From a virus: a DNA stretch of 64,000 nucleotides. The translations under genes were made by a program, and so were the position numbers. Positions 9,736 through 19,547 of this stretch are shown here, piece after piece (the first letter of the stretch is position 1; every line of letters starts with the position of its first letter). Below the pieces are notes generated by a model. The model had not been told where the DNA came from, ran no database searches, and was given only the letters and a program-made list of their open reading frames with translations. The stretch is from positions 1-64,000 of IMG/VR virus record IMGVR_UViG_3300045391_004184; one strand, given 5' to 3'.

Positions 9736-10179
9736 ATGCCAATTAGTAGTATTAAAGAATTAAGAGACCAAATTAAAGCGAAAAGACCAGATTGGGATGA
9801 TGCTAAAATCGATGAAGCAACAAAGGCTATTTATATGAAAAATCCTGGGATTGTAAAATCGGAATTTAGTTTTAGTGATCCTGAGCTTCAAAAACAATAT
9901 GAAGGTTTAAAACCTGGCCAATCAATGATGGGCACTTCAACGATGCCTGTTGCACAAAATGATCAAATTGACCGTTCCCCGTCCTCAATTCCTCCTTCCT
10001 CACCAATTTCTCCAACACCAATTCAACCGCAAATGCAAGATGATGCTAAAAAACAGGCAATTCAAAAAATAATGTATCCTTCTCTTTCAAAACAAATTAC
10101 TCCTGATTCAAAAAATAGTATTGATGAAGATAAAATTAATCCTTTTTTAAAGGGTTTAAATTCGGGTCGAGATCAATAA
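9736..10179 (+). CDS. hypothetical P/S-rich protein
   Basis: 147 aa. GGAG-type RBS (agaggagaaatATG). Pro/Ser-rich centre. Confidence 0.6.
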   Translation: MPISSIKELRDQIKAKRPDWDDAKIDEATKAIYMKNPGIVKSEFSFSDPELQKQYEGLKPGQSMMGTSTMPVAQNDQIDRSPSSIPPSSPISPTPIQPQMQDDAKKQAIQKIMYPSLSKQITPDSKNSIDEDKINPFLKGLNSGRDQ

Positions 10180-10182
10180 TAA

Positions 10183-10755
10183 ATGGATTATAAAAAATTT
10201 CTCAGAACAATAGCTCAAATTGAAAGTTCTGGGGGAAAAAATACTAAACATAAAGAAGTAGAATCTGGAATTCAGGCTGGATCTTCTGCGTATGGTAAGT
10301 ATGGTCTTATGCCCAATACTATTAGAGAACTTGCTAATAGTGAATATGGCGATCATTTGCCTTCTCAATTAAGAGAAATGTCAGATGAAGAACTTAAAGG
10401 TGAATTAATTAGACATCCTGAATTAGAAGAAGTGGCGGCCAAAGCTTTATATAATAAAATCACTTCTAAAGGCATTACAGATCCTCGTGAAGAGGCATAT
10501 ATGTGGAATGCCGGACATAATTTAACTCAAGATCAATTGGCCCAGAGAGATATCGCAAGTTATCCTTATGTTCAAAAGTTTTTACAAGAATCAAAAGATC
10601 CAGATCTTGAAAAACAGCTAATGATTGAAGATGCTTCTAAAAATGCACGTCAAGATTTCAAAAGAGTATCAAATCTTTATGATCAACAAAGAGAAGAACC
10701 TGAAATTCCCTTTGAAGATGAGGATGAAGATACAAAAGTTGCTCAAAAAAACTAA
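10183..10755 (+). CDS. lytic transglycosylase (SLT-like), probably virion-associated
   Basis: IAQIESSGG (catalytic Glu context) followed by SSAYGKYGLMPNT, resembling the SLT E-S ... A.G.MQ pattern. Lies in the structural arm. Confidence 0.6.
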   Translation: MDYKKFLRTIAQIESSGGKNTKHKEVESGIQAGSSAYGKYGLMPNTIRELANSEYGDHLPSQLREMSDEELKGELIRHPELEEVAAKALYNKITSKGITDPREEAYMWNAGHNLTQDQLAQRDIASYPYVQKFLQESKDPDLEKQLMIEDASKNARQDFKRVSNLYDQQREEPEIPFEDEDEDTKVAQKN

Positions 10756-10756
10756 A

Positions 10757-10770
10757 TTTAACAACTATAT
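10757..10770 (+). promoter_or_regulatory. conserved intergenic motif copy 2 (TTTAACAACTATAT), putative phage promoter
   Basis: Two nt after the stop of 10183..10755 and 73 nt upstream of the scaffold gene ATG. Confidence 0.45.
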
Positions 10771-10774
10771 TTAA

Positions 10775-10800
10775 AGGGTTATCTCATTTTGAGACACCCT
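10775..10800 (+). other. stem-loop in the scaffold-gene leader
   Basis: AGGGT-ta-TCTC-atttt-GAGA-c-ACCCT: 9 paired bases. Not followed by a T-run. Confidence 0.4.
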
Positions 10801-10843
10801 CACTTAATCTACCCCATGATGGGATGTTTTACAGGAGAAATAT

Positions 10844-11833
10844 ATGGCCGACCAGGTTCAAAACACGGCACCCGCTGCCCAACAAACTCAAAATACTACT
10901 CAACAATCCACAGAAACCACACAATCTAGTGATAATTCATTAGAAACATCTGGAAATACTTCTGCGGGTGAACAAGTTCAGGAATTAGCTGAAACTCTTA
11001 ATGATCCTAATGCTTCTAAAGCTGAAAAAGCTCAAGCTAAAAAAGAATTAAAGAAATTAAAGCTAAAAATTGATGGAAGAGAAAAAGAAATCTCATTTGA
11101 TCCAAATGATGATGAATATTTGACTCGTCAATTTCAAATGGCCGAAATGGGCCAAAAAAGAGCGCAAGAAAAGGCTGTTCTTGAAAAAGAAGTTATGCGT
11201 TTTATTGAAGATTTGAAAAAAAATCCCAAAAAAGCTCTTTCTGATCCTGCTATCGGTCTTGATTTAAAAGAATTAGCTCGACAAGTTATTGAAGAAGAGA
11301 TTGAAAATTCAAAAAAATCTCCTGAGCAAATTGAAAAAGAAAAACTTGAATTAGAATTAAAAAATATTAAAGAACAATATGAAAAGGAAAAAGAAGAAGC
11401 TCGTCAACGTGATTTTGAACGTCTAAAAGAGCAAGAATATGAGAGATATGATATTTTAATGTCTCAAGCTCTTGAAAAAACCGATCTTCCTAAGAGTCCT
11501 TATATTGTTAAGAAAATAGCTGATTATATGCTTTTAGGTCTTGAGGCCGGAAAAGATGTAACACCTGAAGATGTTCTTCCTCTTGTAAGAGAAGAGATGC
11601 AAGAAGACTTAAAACAAATGTTTTCTGTAATGCCCGATGAAGTGGTTCAAAAAATCGTCGGTAAGGATGTTATTACTCGTATTCGCAAAAACGATGTTGC
11701 TAAAATTAAAAAAGCTAATACCACTCAAGCGACTAAACAAGCTATTAAAAATGCAATTACTGATAATAAAGATAAAGGCTCTAAAAAGGGCGAAAAGAAA
11801 CAATTAACTTTTAAAGATTTCTTTAAAGTGTAA
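10844..11833 (+). CDS. scaffolding protein (probable)
   Basis: 329 aa, highly charged K/E-rich coiled coil with a Q/T-rich N-terminus. Lies upstream of the major capsid gene. Confidence 0.6.
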   Translation: MADQVQNTAPAAQQTQNTTQQSTETTQSSDNSLETSGNTSAGEQVQELAETLNDPNASKAEKAQAKKELKKLKLKIDGREKEISFDPNDDEYLTRQFQMAEMGQKRAQEKAVLEKEVMRFIEDLKKNPKKALSDPAIGLDLKELARQVIEEEIENSKKSPEQIEKEKLELELKNIKEQYEKEKEEARQRDFERLKEQEYERYDILMSQALEKTDLPKSPYIVKKIADYMLLGLEAGKDVTPEDVLPLVREEMQEDLKQMFSVMPDEVVQKIVGKDVITRIRKNDVAKIKKANTTQATKQAIKNAITDNKDKGSKKGEKKQLTFKDFFKV

Positions 11834-11857
11834 GCGTTTCTATAATTTTTTAGAAGG

Positions 11858-11872
11858 CTCAACAACTATATA
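11858..11872 (+). promoter_or_regulatory. conserved intergenic motif copy 3 (CTCAACAACTATATA), putative phage promoter
   Basis: Core AACAACTATA at 11861..11870. Heads a leader of about 170 nt before the capsid operon. Confidence 0.45.
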
Positions 11873-12043
11873 CACAATTTAATAAGCGTTAAAATCTTAA
11901 CCCTTATGACTTTCCGTAACCTGGTAGACAGAGCGTAAATATCTCCGAGGCTTAAAGAGTTGGCGTTTATGAGTGAAGACAAGCGACTTAACTGTTTGTC
12001 ATTTGTTTGTAAACAATAATTTTTTGATAAAGGAGACTATTTA

Positions 12044-12496
12044 ATGTCTACATATAATTCAAAAGACTCTTTGGTTCTCGATAGACAACTAAAGGTTCAA
12101 AGATTGGTTATTCCTTTTAAGATTGTAGGTTCTGCTACTTCCGCTAACGTCGTTATTTCATGCGACGAGCCCAGTATCATGTTCCTTGCAACTGAAGGTG
12201 TTGACCAAATCACAGACGCTCTTGCTGATGGCGAGACCGCTTCCTACACCCAATCACCCGACGATTCAGACGGCAAATTTAATATCTTCGTAAAAGTAGG
12301 CGAAGAAGTTGAAAAAATTTGTCAGTCCAGAGTTAGCAACCGTACAACTGGAGTTCAGTCACCCTCTTTCTTAGGAGATGCTGATGGACTTTCCAGTGAC
12401 AAAAACATGATGATTTCAGTCGATTCTGCAGACAATATTGCTAGTTCTAGCACTTTTGAATACTGCCTCGAACTTGAATACATCGTTCAAGATTAA
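12044..12496 (+). CDS. hypothetical capsid-operon protein (decoration or accessory candidate)
   Basis: AAGGAG RBS. 150 aa. Shares the capsid gene's G/C-richer codon usage. Directly precedes the major capsid gene. Confidence 0.65.
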   Translation: MSTYNSKDSLVLDRQLKVQRLVIPFKIVGSATSANVVISCDEPSIMFLATEGVDQITDALADGETASYTQSPDDSDGKFNIFVKVGEEVEKICQSRVSNRTTGVQSPSFLGDADGLSSDKNMMISVDSADNIASSSTFEYCLELEYIVQD

Positions 12497-12512
12497 AAAA
12501 GGAGAATAAAAA

Positions 12513-13760
12513 ATGGCAACCTCAAATACATTTGGTACTCCTGATAACTCAGTCGGTACTTTAAACGGTTTCTTTAAAGAGACCTACGCATCTAAATTAG
12601 AAGAATTAATTCCAGATGGCGTGAAATTAATGAACAAAATTAAATTTATGTCCAAAGACAAACAACCTGGTAACTTATATCACCAGCCAGTTATCTTAGG
12701 ACTCGAGCATGGTGTTACCTTTGCTGCTAGCGATGAAGATGCATTTAATCTTTTAGCTCCTGTAGCTGGTCAAATCCGTGATGCTCAAGTTCGTGGTAAT
12801 CCTGTTGTTCTAAGATCAGTACTTGGTTACGCTGCCGCTAGCCGCGCTGCTCTTGGTGGACAAGCCGCTTTCATGGATGCAACCAAATTCTTAGTTGCAA
12901 ACATGCTTAGATCTATGGCTAAAAAACTTGAGATCGAAATGATCTATGGTCAAGTTGGTTACGGAACAATCAGTTCCGCAGCTTCCGCTCCTACCTATAC
13001 CATCACCACTGCAGAGTGGGCTCCTGGTATCTGGGCTGGCGCTGAAGGTATGCCAATTGAAATCAGAGATTCAAACGGAGTTCTTCGTGGTGGAGCAACA
13101 GTTCAATCTGTTGATATGTCACTTAGAACCATTACATTAAATGCAATTATTCCAGGTGTTTCATCTACTGATGTTATCTGGCATAAAGGTGCTTATGGTA
13201 ATGAATTCCCTGGAATCCATAAGATTCTTTCAATTAGTTCTGGTACATTGTTTAATATTGATGTTGGTACTTATAATCTTTTCCGTGGAAATAGTTATTC
13301 CGCTTCTTCAGGCGCTTTAAGCTTCACTAAGTTAAATCTTGCTGTAGCTCGTGCTGTTGAAAAAGGTTTAGATGGGAAAGTTCTTGCTCTTGTTAATCCT
13401 CGTGGATGGGCAAATCTTCTTTCCGACCAAGCGGCTCTACGCAAATATGATCAATCATATAAGCGCGATGTTGCTGAAAACGGAATGGAATCAATTAGAT
13501 TTTACTCTCAAAATGGTGAGATCGAAATTGAACCCTCTATTTATGTTAAGGAAGGTTATGCTTACATAATCTCTCTTGATGAGTGGATGAGAGTTGGATC
13601 AACAGATATGACCTTTAAGCGTCCTGGTCAAGGCGAAGAATTTTTCCGCGACCTTGAAAACGCCGCTGGTTATGAATTACGTCTATATAGCGATCAAGCC
13701 ATATTCTGCATGGCCCCAGGTCGTAACGTACTCGTTAATAACATCGTTAACCAACAATAG
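12513..13760 (+). CDS. major capsid protein
   Basis: 415 aa. AAGGAG RBS. Codon usage of a highly expressed gene. Follows the scaffold-like gene and is followed by a strong intrinsic terminator. Confidence 0.8.
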   Translation: MATSNTFGTPDNSVGTLNGFFKETYASKLEELIPDGVKLMNKIKFMSKDKQPGNLYHQPVILGLEHGVTFAASDEDAFNLLAPVAGQIRDAQVRGNPVVLRSVLGYAAASRAALGGQAAFMDATKFLVANMLRSMAKKLEIEMIYGQVGYGTISSAASAPTYTITTAEWAPGIWAGAEGMPIEIRDSNGVLRGGATVQSVDMSLRTITLNAIIPGVSSTDVIWHKGAYGNEFPGIHKILSISSGTLFNIDVGTYNLFRGNSYSASSGALSFTKLNLAVARAVEKGLDGKVLALVNPRGWANLLSDQAALRKYDQSYKRDVAENGMESIRFYSQNGEIEIEPSIYVKEGYAYIISLDEWMRVGSTDMTFKRPGQGEEFFRDLENAAGYELRLYSDQAIFCMAPGRNVLVNNIVNQQ

Positions 13761-13775
13761 TTTAAATAACTATAT
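13761..13775 (+). promoter_or_regulatory. conserved intergenic motif copy 4, variant (TTTAAATAACTATAT)
   Basis: C to T variant of the core. Lies between the capsid stop codon and the terminator stem, so a promoter role is doubtful here. Confidence 0.3.
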
Positions 13776-13808
13776 GAAAGGACTGGAGAAATCTGGTCCT
13801 TTCTTTTT
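13776..13808 (+). terminator. rho-independent terminator after the major capsid gene
   Basis: GAAAGGACTGGA-GAAA-TCTGGTCCTTTC: 12-bp stem including two G-T pairs, GAAA tetraloop, then TTTTT. Confidence 0.8.
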
Positions 13809-13865
13809 ATATAATTCATGCAAAAAACTACTAAAGTTTTCTAAGATAATACCGATAAGAATAAT

Positions 13866-15383
13866 ATGAGAAAAACTTGTGCTAATTGTAATAATGAATA
13901 TAATTTAGATCATTTTAATAAACACAGTGGTACTGTAGATAAATTAAGAACATACTGTAGGGATTGCGGTGCTAAAAAGAAGAAACTAAAAAGAGAAATG
14001 AATCCAAAATCTTTTTCCGTTTCCGTCGAAAAAAAAGAATGCCGAACTTGTAAAATAACAAAACCTTCAAATAGATTTACAAAAGATCGTCATAATCCTG
14101 ATGGACTTTGCACACAATGCAAGGATTGTCGTTCAAATAATACCAAAAAATACTATTTAATTAAAAAAGAAGCTATTAAACAAAATACCAGACAATATTA
14201 TCAAAAAAATAAAGATACCATACGTATTAAACGTAGAGTATATAGAAAAAATAGAGAAAAAACTGATATATTCTATAAATTAAAAAGAAGACTTAGAAAT
14301 AGACTTTATTATGCTCTTAAAAAAACAAGTTGGAAAAAAGACACACATTTTTCTCAATATATTGGTTGTTCTTTGGAGGAACTTAAAAAACATATAGAGA
14401 CCCAATTTAAATCGGGTATGAATTGGGATAATCACGGTCTTGTTTGGGATTTAGATCATTATATTCCTCTTAGCAGCGCGAAAACTGAAAAACAGATATA
14501 TGATCTTTCACATTATACAAATTTACGTCCAGAATTTAAAGAATATAATAGAAATGTTAAAAGAGATAAACTCCCTTCTAATATCTGCTGGCAAAAACTT
14601 CAAAGAGACAGACTTTTACAAGAGGATATAAAAAATGGCTGTCCTACAGACGTTAAAGCTTCTGAATTTGTTTTAGCGTATGAAAAGATAACAGAAGAAC
14701 ATAGAAAATTCATCGAACGCTATGAATGGCTAGGTACTTGTGGTTTTGGGGTGAGATATGTGTTTACAGCGCGTTTTAATGGCCTTTTAGGGGGCGTTGT
14801 AATGGTCGCAGAACCAAATGGCTATCAATTTGATAAGAAATTAGAAGCTCTTATTCAAAGAGGCGCTTGTGCAAGTTGGACCCCTAAAAATTTAGGTTCT
14901 CGTCTTGTAATGTTCGCTTGTCGATGGATGAAAGATAATACGAGTAAAAGAATATTTGTTGCTTATAGTGATCCTGAAGCTGGAGAAATAGGAACCATTT
15001 ATCAGGCTTGTAATTTTGATTATTTAGGACAAACTTTTGGCGCTGATTGTTATTATGAATTATCGGATGGAAATTTTGTCACACAAAGATATTTTACAAG
15101 AACCTCTTCTATGAAAAAATGGGCAAAAGCTTTAAATATTGAATGGCAAAAAGAATGGTCAAAAGAAAATGGCTTTCAAAATAGAAATAATATCCCAGAA
15201 CATATTAAACGACAATTAGATGAATATGCTAGAAAACAATATGAGCATCTTCCTAAAGTTAAAAAGACTCCTAAAGGTAAATATGTTCTTCTTTTAACTA
15301 ATAAACGTGAAAAGATTGAAAAAACCTGGAAACCCCTTCCTTATCCCAAAAGAATTATAGAAACCTCTATAACGGCAGCTTAA
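13866..15383 (+). CDS. HNH-type endonuclease-like domain fused to a Mom-like (GNAT-fold) domain
   Basis: N-terminal CxxC zinc-ribbon repeats and WDLDHYIPLS...NLRP...NRNVKRDK (HNH). C-terminal FVAYSDPEAGEIGTIYQACNFDYLGQ resembles the signature of Mom-family proteins, recalled from memory. Confidence 0.6.
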   Translation: MRKTCANCNNEYNLDHFNKHSGTVDKLRTYCRDCGAKKKKLKREMNPKSFSVSVEKKECRTCKITKPSNRFTKDRHNPDGLCTQCKDCRSNNTKKYYLIKKEAIKQNTRQYYQKNKDTIRIKRRVYRKNREKTDIFYKLKRRLRNRLYYALKKTSWKKDTHFSQYIGCSLEELKKHIETQFKSGMNWDNHGLVWDLDHYIPLSSAKTEKQIYDLSHYTNLRPEFKEYNRNVKRDKLPSNICWQKLQRDRLLQEDIKNGCPTDVKASEFVLAYEKITEEHRKFIERYEWLGTCGFGVRYVFTARFNGLLGGVVMVAEPNGYQFDKKLEALIQRGACASWTPKNLGSRLVMFACRWMKDNTSKRIFVAYSDPEAGEIGTIYQACNFDYLGQTFGADCYYELSDGNFVTQRYFTRTSSMKKWAKALNIEWQKEWSKENGFQNRNNIPEHIKRQLDEYARKQYEHLPKVKKTPKGKYVLLLTNKREKIEKTWKPLPYPKRIIETSITAA

Positions 15384-15397
15384 AATATTCCTATCAC

Positions 15398-15412
15398 TTT
15401 AACAACTATAAT
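15398..15412 (+). promoter_or_regulatory. conserved intergenic motif copy 5 (TTTAACAACTATAAT), putative phage promoter
   Basis: 15 nt after the stop of 13866..15383 and 38 nt upstream of the ATG at 15449. Confidence 0.45.
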
Positions 15413-15448
15413 ATATTAACTTATTATCGTTTTTAAAGGATTTCCAGC

Positions 15449-15925
15449 ATGAAAATTAACATTCAGGGCACAATAATTGATTTCCCTGAAAGCGGCGACC
15501 CTGCCAATTGGGCACCTCCTATAGATCAATTTGCTGCATCCGTTGAGGAAGCGTTTAACGCGGTTTTAGGACCATTTGACGTTTCTCCTCAAGTCTTTGT
15601 AATGACCTCAAATGCTAATGCCAATGTTGATCTTCCAAATTTAGCTTTTCCCACTTCTAGCGTTCGTGCCGCTTTTATCGAATATAGTGTTTTTAGAACA
15701 ACTAATACAGATACTGGATACGAGACAGGTACTATTAATGTCGTTTATAATCCAAATAATCCAATTGGTACAAAATGGGAAATTACAAGAGAATATCAGG
15801 GCACTGATGAAATGACCTTTAATATTACAGATGTTGGACAAGTTCAATTTACAAGTTCGGCACTTTCCGGTTCCAATCATGTTGGAAAAATAACATATAC
15901 AGCAAAAGCTTTACAGAATAGTTAA
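15449..15925 (+). CDS. hypothetical virion protein
   Basis: 158 aa. First gene after motif copy 5. Precedes the fibre genes. Confidence 0.6.
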   Translation: MKINIQGTIIDFPESGDPANWAPPIDQFAASVEEAFNAVLGPFDVSPQVFVMTSNANANVDLPNLAFPTSSVRAAFIEYSVFRTTNTDTGYETGTINVVYNPNNPIGTKWEITREYQGTDEMTFNITDVGQVQFTSSALSGSNHVGKITYTAKALQNS

Positions 15926-15939
15926 TTAGGAGTTTTTAG

Positions 15940-17598
15940 GTGCTTAATATCAAAAAATTAATAAATGGTTTAAGATTGATGCCTAAAAGCTCTTCTACCA
16001 TTGATTCTGCTGGTGAAATGGAAGTTTTATCAACAGATGGTCGTTTGAGAATTAATGATGGTTCTACAACTTCTAGGGTTGTTACAGAAACTCAAGAATC
16101 TCAAGGCGCTAATAGATTACAAAATAAAGATTTAGATGATGAATCAACCGCAGTAGTTAATACAATTGATACAACTAAAAAAATTCAATTTAATGCTTCT
16201 GGAACAACAGGAACCTCAACAACCCTTTTATCTTCTCAAACTGCAAATAGAGTCCTAACTCTTCCTGATACTACAGATACATTAGCAACCGTTGGTTCTT
16301 CTCAGGTATTAACAAATAAAAAACTTGATGATTCAACAGTCTATTTTGTAGATACTGGTGATAATACAAAAGAATTTCATTTTGATGCTGCCGGAACAGC
16401 GGGCACAAAAACAACTCTTGCTGCGTCTCAAACTTCAAATAGGACTATAAATCTTCCCGATGCTTCTACAACTCTTGTGGGAACAGATACAGTAGATTCT
16501 TTAACAAATAAAGTTCTTATTGATGTTGGTAATTTAGAATTAACTGGTAATACAATTTCTTCAACAGATACAGATGGAAATATTAATTTATCTCCAAATG
16601 GAACTGGAGATGTTGTAATTGATCAAATATCTGTTTCAGAATCTTCAATTAATGATGTTAGTGGAATTACTGGAATAGTTGGTGGATCATTAACAGTCCA
16701 ATCGGCTTCGGGACAAAATTTAAGTCTATTAGCAATTGATGCTGGAAGTGCAATAATTAGTGGCACTGATGTCCAAGTTAAAGGTACAGTTTTCACCTCT
16801 AATACAATTACAGGTGCTTCTGGTAGTACCTTTACGGTTCAAGCCGATTCTTCACAAAATTTAGCTCTCAAAGGTGGATCAGGTGGAAATGTCACCGTTC
16901 CTTCCAATCCTCTAGTTTTATCACAAAATTTAGAAACATTAAGAGCCGATGATTCTTCAACAACAGGTTCTCAAGCAACATTAAGTGCATTTACTACTGG
17001 ATTTGTTAAAGTTACAAATAATTCTCTTTCTTCACTTTCCGCAATACCCGCAGGTGCTGACGGTCAACAATTAATTCTTTCGAATGAAACTGGAAATAGT
17101 TTTATTATTAATAATGAAGATACTGGTGTTACAGCGGCTAATAGAATTTTAACAGGAACTGGTGCCCTTATTACTGTTAATAATAATTCATCTATTAGTT
17201 TGATTTATGATACTGGTAATTCAAGATGGAAAGTTTTTGGTGGAGCGGGCGGTGGAGCAGTTCCAACAACTTTTGGCTCTCGTTTATCTCCTAAAAATAT
17301 CACAGCCGGAACTGGTTTAGCGGCTAGTGCCAGTAATATGAGCACAACCGCAACTGAGCAATTGATTTTTGTTCAAGGAAACGGTGGACCAGTAACTATT
17401 ACCGCATCTCCAGCGATTCAGGCGGGAACTCAAGTTGGTCAAAAAATGATTCTAATCGGAAGATCCGATTCTAATACTGTAACAATTAATAATTCTACAG
17501 CACAAGTTGAACTTAATGGAAATGTAACATTAGGGTGGGGAGATTCCATTTCATTAATTTACGATGGAACGTGTTGGACAGAATTGGGGCGTTCATAA
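15940..17598 (+). CDS. tail fibre-like protein
   Basis: GTG start behind an AGGAG RBS. Two units of about 50 aa (F.A.GT.GT.TTL..SQT.NR...LPD...TL......LTNK), then a G/S/T-rich beta-type sequence. Confidence 0.7.
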   Translation: MLNIKKLINGLRLMPKSSSTIDSAGEMEVLSTDGRLRINDGSTTSRVVTETQESQGANRLQNKDLDDESTAVVNTIDTTKKIQFNASGTTGTSTTLLSSQTANRVLTLPDTTDTLATVGSSQVLTNKKLDDSTVYFVDTGDNTKEFHFDAAGTAGTKTTLAASQTSNRTINLPDASTTLVGTDTVDSLTNKVLIDVGNLELTGNTISSTDTDGNINLSPNGTGDVVIDQISVSESSINDVSGITGIVGGSLTVQSASGQNLSLLAIDAGSAIISGTDVQVKGTVFTSNTITGASGSTFTVQADSSQNLALKGGSGGNVTVPSNPLVLSQNLETLRADDSSTTGSQATLSAFTTGFVKVTNNSLSSLSAIPAGADGQQLILSNETGNSFIINNEDTGVTAANRILTGTGALITVNNNSSISLIYDTGNSRWKVFGGAGGGAVPTTFGSRLSPKNITAGTGLAASASNMSTTATEQLIFVQGNGGPVTITASPAIQAGTQVGQKMILIGRSDSNTVTINNSTAQVELNGNVTLGWGDSISLIYDGTCWTELGRS

Positions 17599-19544
17599 TG
17601 GCTAATAATTCAAATAGAGCATTAACTGCACAAATGATTGATGGCATCAGTTCCTTTAGGAATTATATCACAAACGCTTATGCCAGAGAAAATATTAATG
17701 GATGGGCGGTATATGCAAATGCTGCACAAAGTACCCCTGTTGATGGCACCGGAGGAAGTCCCACATTAACTTTGGGTGTAAATATTTCTTCTCCATTAAG
17801 ATTTGAATCCGATTTTAAAATTACAAAAGGGTCCTCTAATTTACAAGGTGAAGGTGTAAGTTACGATTTTACTATAGATACTGCAGATAAAAATAAAAAT
17901 ATTGGTATTTGTTTTGATTATTCTGGAAGTGCTAATTTTGTAACAGGAACAAATAGCGATCTTCAAGTATTCATGTATGATGTTACAAATGCACAATTAA
18001 TTCCTTTACAAAGAAACGCTCTATTAGTTAATAATAGTAAATTTGTTGCAACTTTTCAATCATCCACTTCAACTTCATATAGATTAATAATGCATGTTGC
18101 AACTACAAATGCTAATGCTTGGACATTTAATTTTACAAGTGTTACTGTTGGAGTCGCTGATACTCTTTTTGGAACAAATGCTTTCGGTGCAATTATAACA
18201 GATGAACAATCATATACACCAACTTTTACTGGATGGGGAACAGCAACTAATATAAGTTTCTTTTACAGAAGAGTCGGCGATAATATACATATTAGAGGAA
18301 AATTTACTTCCGGAACAACAACTGCAACTGAAGCCAGAGTTAGTTTACCAAATGGACTTCTTTCTGACGCAACAAAAGTAGCTTCTATTAGAGAAGCTGG
18401 ATTAATGGTTATTGATAATACTTCTTCTGCTGCACCAAATATTGCAACATCTTTAATTGAAAGTAATGTTGGTTATTTAACTTTTGGCTATAGAGATGGA
18501 TCTTCTGCTGGATTAACAAAACAGAATGGTAATGGATTTGCTAATTCAACTAATTATTCATTAGAAGCAATTCTTCCTATTTCTCAATGGACTTCAGAAA
18601 CCGCCATTGCTAATTCTGGAATTCTTGTAATGTCTCAGATTTTAGCAAGTGGGACAAGGGTTACTTCTACTCCAGCAGCTTTGGGGGAATATAGATCAAG
18701 ATATAAATCTGGGGGATCTTTAACGGATGTTGCTCCCACGGCCCCCCCTTCAGCATCAGATGGGTTATTAATTTATGGAAATGTTCCAGGAAATACTTCT
18801 AGTGGAACTTCAGGACAAATAACTGTTTATGATATTTTTGTTGGAAAAAATAAATCTGTTAAACCACAATATTATCAAAGTTCAGGAAGAACAGGCGTAG
18901 TAACTACTGATTTTTTCTTTACTTCTGGAATTGATGAAGGTATTTTATATTCATATGATCCAACAACTGGCGTCGCGACTATTGACGGTAATTATTTCAC
19001 ATCCTCCGGAAATACAACTAGATACGCAGGACAAATTCCCGCGACGGCTGGTAATGTAGTCTCTTCACTTTATTTCGATCTAATAGTTGCTGATAATGAA
19101 TTTCAAATTCAATTACAGGGTCAAGAAAATCAAGTTAGAGTTTATACTGGAAATGGTTTTGGATCTACAAATACTAAAATAGTTCGTTTTTCAAATATTC
19201 AAAAAAATGTTGGAACTGCCATAACATATGCGGATAGTTCAACTCTTGGTGGATCATTTACAATAAATGAAGCTGGAGTTTATTCAATTAGTTGCGGAAT
19301 TAGATCAAATTCTTCATCAACATATGTTGGAGTAACTTTAAATTCAACGGCATTAACTACAGATGTTTGGAATTCTGCAAATAACAATTTTAGATTATGT
19401 TTATCCGATACCCCCGGTGCCGGATTTTCGACAGCTTGTTCAGCAACAGTTTATTGTCAGCCTGGTGATGTTTTAAGAGTACATGGAGATGGTGCTTCTG
19501 GAGTAAATGATCAATTTACTTGGGCAACCATTTGTAAGAGTTAA
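17598..19544 (+). CDS. tail fibre / receptor-binding-like protein
   Basis: Start set at the ATG at 17598 (TAATG overlap), protein MANNSNRAL... 648 aa, S/T/G/N-rich. Confidence 0.65.
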   Translation: MANNSNRALTAQMIDGISSFRNYITNAYARENINGWAVYANAAQSTPVDGTGGSPTLTLGVNISSPLRFESDFKITKGSSNLQGEGVSYDFTIDTADKNKNIGICFDYSGSANFVTGTNSDLQVFMYDVTNAQLIPLQRNALLVNNSKFVATFQSSTSTSYRLIMHVATTNANAWTFNFTSVTVGVADTLFGTNAFGAIITDEQSYTPTFTGWGTATNISFFYRRVGDNIHIRGKFTSGTTTATEARVSLPNGLLSDATKVASIREAGLMVIDNTSSAAPNIATSLIESNVGYLTFGYRDGSSAGLTKQNGNGFANSTNYSLEAILPISQWTSETAIANSGILVMSQILASGTRVTSTPAALGEYRSRYKSGGSLTDVAPTAPPSASDGLLIYGNVPGNTSSGTSGQITVYDIFVGKNKSVKPQYYQSSGRTGVVTTDFFFTSGIDEGILYSYDPTTGVATIDGNYFTSSGNTTRYAGQIPATAGNVVSSLYFDLIVADNEFQIQLQGQENQVRVYTGNGFGSTNTKIVRFSNIQKNVGTAITYADSSTLGGSFTINEAGVYSISCGIRSNSSSTYVGVTLNSTALTTDVWNSANNNFRLCLSDTPGAGFSTACSATVYCQPGDVLRVHGDGASGVNDQFTWATICKS

Positions 19545-19547
19545 TTT

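Noticed and set aside
11880-12040. Possible tRNA, suggested by the GGTAGACAGAGCG segment.
   Set aside because: No T-loop (GTTCRANYC) is present, and I could not fold an acceptor stem or a cloverleaf by hand.
12044-13760. Higher G+C of the capsid operon as evidence of horizontal acquisition.
   Set aside because: The shift is concentrated in third-codon positions of the most highly expressed genes (ggt, cgt, ttc, atc codons), which fits expression-linked codon bias.
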